Shown here: piece after piece, positions 36,301 through 39,150 of the stretch
Layout of the letters: the number at the start of each line of letters is the position of its first letter
Position numbering within the stretch: the first letter of the stretch is position 1
IMG/VR virus record: IMGVR_UViG_3300021426_000003
Coordinates: 1-39,150 of that record
Strand: one strand, 5' to 3'
Length of the DNA: 39,150 bases
Origin: a virus
Program-made: the position numbers and the translations under genes
The notes under the pieces: generated by a model
The model's database searches: none
Told to the model about the DNA's origin: nothing
Seen by the model: the letters and a program-made list of their open reading frames with translations, nothing else

Positions 36301-39150
36301 ATTTTTAATATTATCAACGAGGGTAAGGATATTTTGTTCTGATGCTTCAGTATTATTTTCAACTTGTTGAACGGTTTGTTGTATTTGTTGAGCTTGTTGT
36401 TGGGTTTGGTTGTTTTTATTAGAAATATTTGATGCGTTTAAAACAGAAGAAGTTGTACGTTCTTTAATTTTTTCTTGTAATTCAGAAACTGATTTATTTT
36501 TAGTTTCTGTTATTTTTTGTCCAGTTTTAACTAAAGAATCTGTAGCTGTTTTTTGTTCTTGTTGTATAGCTTGACCTGCTTTTTCGGCACTAGTTGCTAA
36601 TTTTTGATTTAAATTAATTACTTGTTCTGTCTCTTGTTTAATCCCTAAAATATTATTTTTAGCTTGTTGAGAAACTTCATCTATTTGTTTACCAGAAGCA
36701 ACAATTCTTTTTGAATCAATTGTATCAAAAAGAACATTCCCAGATTTTTTAGTCCCAAAAGAAGTTCCAGATAAATCTATGCCTTGATATCCCAATTGTT
36801 TTAAAAAACGTGTTTTAATATCATCTACACCATATTCCTTTTTGAAATCATACATCTGCTTAGGAATTATAGTACCGTCTGATTTTATACCGCTTTTTGA
36901 TACCAATTCAGACATATTGCTAATAAAACTATCAAATTCATCAATTGTCATTTTAAAATTAGGAAATAATTTTTGAGCGGTTTTATATAAAGAATTTATA
37001 TCTACATCTTTTAAATTATCTTCAAATCCAGTAAAACCACTTCCTAATGAAATACATAACTGTTCTAAATGATGTATAAATTCATAAAATTCTTGTGCGA
37101 TTTCTTCAGTATGCGCTTCATATAATTTTAAATCACTTGTATCAATAGCATAAAATTTTTCTAAAGACTTATCAGAAATTGGAGTTTTAGAAAAACTACT
37201 TATATCTTTTGTTGTATATAAACCCGTACCACCTCCCCATCCACGACCAGAATCTTTTATTCCTGCAAACCAAGATTTTAATTCATCTCCAAATGGATGA
37301 GACGATCTTTGAGATTGCCCATTAATATTTCCATAATGATACATTAAGCCGTTTATTTTTTTTTCTTTTTCTTCATTTGTTAATTCTTTAGACGCTTCTT
37401 TTTCTTGATGAATTGATTGTGCTGCTTCTTCTGCACTATGAGCTAATTTATTATTAGAATCAATTACTTGTTTATTTGAATTAACTGTTTCTTGAGATAT
37501 TTGTTCTGTTTGTTCTTCTTGCGGCTCTTTTTTTGAAGGGATAACAAGTTTTTGCCTAGGCGTTCTTGTTTTTGGTTGTGAAAAAGATGATGGGTGAGTT
37601 ATGTCATTATTTCCTTGATTATTTGTTAAAGGTTTTAAATTTTTAGAAGTATTTATACCCGTTTTACCTATATCTTGAAGGGTTTGATTAATCTCTTTAA
37701 GTAAAGATAAAATTTCATTTAATTGTTCTTTATCAGTTTCTAATATTCCAGATGGTATAAAAATATCGCTACCTAAATCTGTCTTGTCGGTCTTTTTTTT
37801 AACTGATTTATTATTTTTTATATACTTTTTATATTCGTTATTAAAGTATTTTATTTTTTCTGCGTCAGATTCTCCAGATAATAAATCCGTAATTGGTCTA
37901 ATACCACCTCTAGCTTGGTATGTTGAATATAAAGAAAATAACTCACGTAATTGTTTTTTCTTTTCTTTTATAAGTTCTAATTCTTTTTCTTCTTTTCCTT
38001 TTGTTCCTTGAGACAATAATCCTAAATCGAGTTTAGAATAATTATTTTTAATTATTTCAAATTGACTTTCAAGCCCATTTTTGTTTAATTTTGTAGATAC
38101 ATTATCAATAGCAGCTGTTAATTTTTTAAAACTTTCTGAAATTCCTTCCAAGTTTTTAGAATATAATTCTAAATTTTCAGAAGAAAATGAAGCATTAAAT
38201 TTTTCATCTGCTGTTTTAATTGTATCAATTTCTTTGGAAAAATCTTTTAAACTAGCAAGGAGTTGAGTTATTGAAGTGGCAATACCTTCAAAATTTTGCT
38301 GTGTTTGTTTAATTCCTGTTTCATTTAAAATTTTCCCCATTGTATTATTTAATTCTTGAGCCTGTTCTTGAAGACGCATAGAAATATCATTAAAATAAGA
38401 ATTAATTGCTTCAGATAATTTATTTTCGTCTTCTTTAATAGGATTAAAATTAAATTGAATAGGATGTTCGTCTATTTGTGATTGTGCATTACCAATTATT
38501 TCTCCAATTTGAGCTGTTATATCTCTTTTCGCATTTTCTTTTAATTTAACTGGAATTTCAATAGCCCCTTTAACCACAAAACCTTTAGTTCCATTTTCAA
38601 TCGTTCCAGATATTTGTTTTTGAAAAAAAGCCCCTATATCAATTGAAGAAAACATTGTTTCGATTGCTTGTCTTGTCTGATTGGACAATTGGCTACCTAG
38701 TACTTTAGAAGCTTGTTCAGATATTTTAATTATTGAATCTAGTTTTTCTGGAGATAAAAAAGGTTTATCATTATTAGCATCTGTATAAGCAGCATCAACC
38801 TGTACCAATGCTTCTGCATATTTAAACAAAGCAGAAGCGGCTTCTTGATATTCTTTACTATATCCACCTTTTATTCCCTTTTTATTTGCTTCGTTAAAAT
38901 TTTGAAACAAAAATTCTGCTTCATTAAAAGCTTTTTCAAGTTGACTTATATTAGTAATATCATTTATATTAGTTCTATTACTTAAAAAACTTTCTGATTC
39001 TTTTTTTAAAAGAGTATATTGTAAAGCAACCTCTTTCATATTAGAGGACATTTTTTCCATTTGAGCATTTAAAGTATCAGTATTGAGATTCCTGACTGTT
39101 TCTTGTAATGTCCCAAAAGTATGTCTAAAACTATCAAATTTTTTATTTAA
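33391..39150 (-). CDS. Tape measure protein, exon 1 (5' end outside the window), containing an ART-like insert
   Basis: Frame is open from 39150 (LNKKFDSF...AQ-MEKM) to GGT at 33391-33393 (1920 codons). Ends with the start of the TMP core (IREFDTALTEMQKVS...ADFMRLG...IIDKLNEVG); long coiled coils. Confidence 0.88.

Noticed and set aside
2579-38266. Short plus-strand and nested alternative-frame ORFs (e.g. 2579..2761, 2770..3066, 4384..4701, 6352..6705, 24254..24598, 32801..33142)
   Set aside because: They overlap longer, motif-bearing minus-strand genes and look like antisense or frame shadows.
39058-39060. ATG as true start of TMP exon 1
   Set aside because: The frame stays open to the window edge, so the start is probably upstream.
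1-39150. Complete DGR cassette (RT, TR, Avd), invertase shufflon or stop-codon recoding in this window
   Set aside because: No reverse transcriptase, template repeat or inverted fibre cassettes were seen; genes are long and intact in the standard code.

Overview
AT-rich segment of a large temperate tailed phage of a Firmicutes host (gene order resembles SPbeta-like siphoviruses; host group is inferred). From right to left on the minus strand: a giant tape-measure protein (TMP) gene split by a group I intron that carries a homing endonuclease, Dit- and Tal-like baseplate genes, long tail fibre/adhesin genes, a lysis cassette (MBL-fold hydrolase with Cpl-7-like repeats, GH25+CHAP+SH3 endolysin, two membrane proteins), a second fibre module ending in a BspA-type LRR protein with a hypervariable 69-bp tandem array, three small ORFs and a tyrosine integrase. 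Next come an attP-like region (arm-type repeats, sigma70/sigmaA-type promoter, 5' 60 nt of a tRNA-Thr(GGT)) and a converging HD-domain gene. The most notable observations are: (1) the spliced TMP is at least 4767 aa and carries an ADP-ribosyltransferase-like insert between repeated linkers plus cell-wall-binding repeats; (2) variation in the LRR array resembles adenine-directed mutagenesis; (3) the attP appears to supply the promoter and 5' part of the target tRNA; (4) a putative cell-wall esterase sits beside the endolysin. All family assignments come from motif recognition by eye; no database searches were run.
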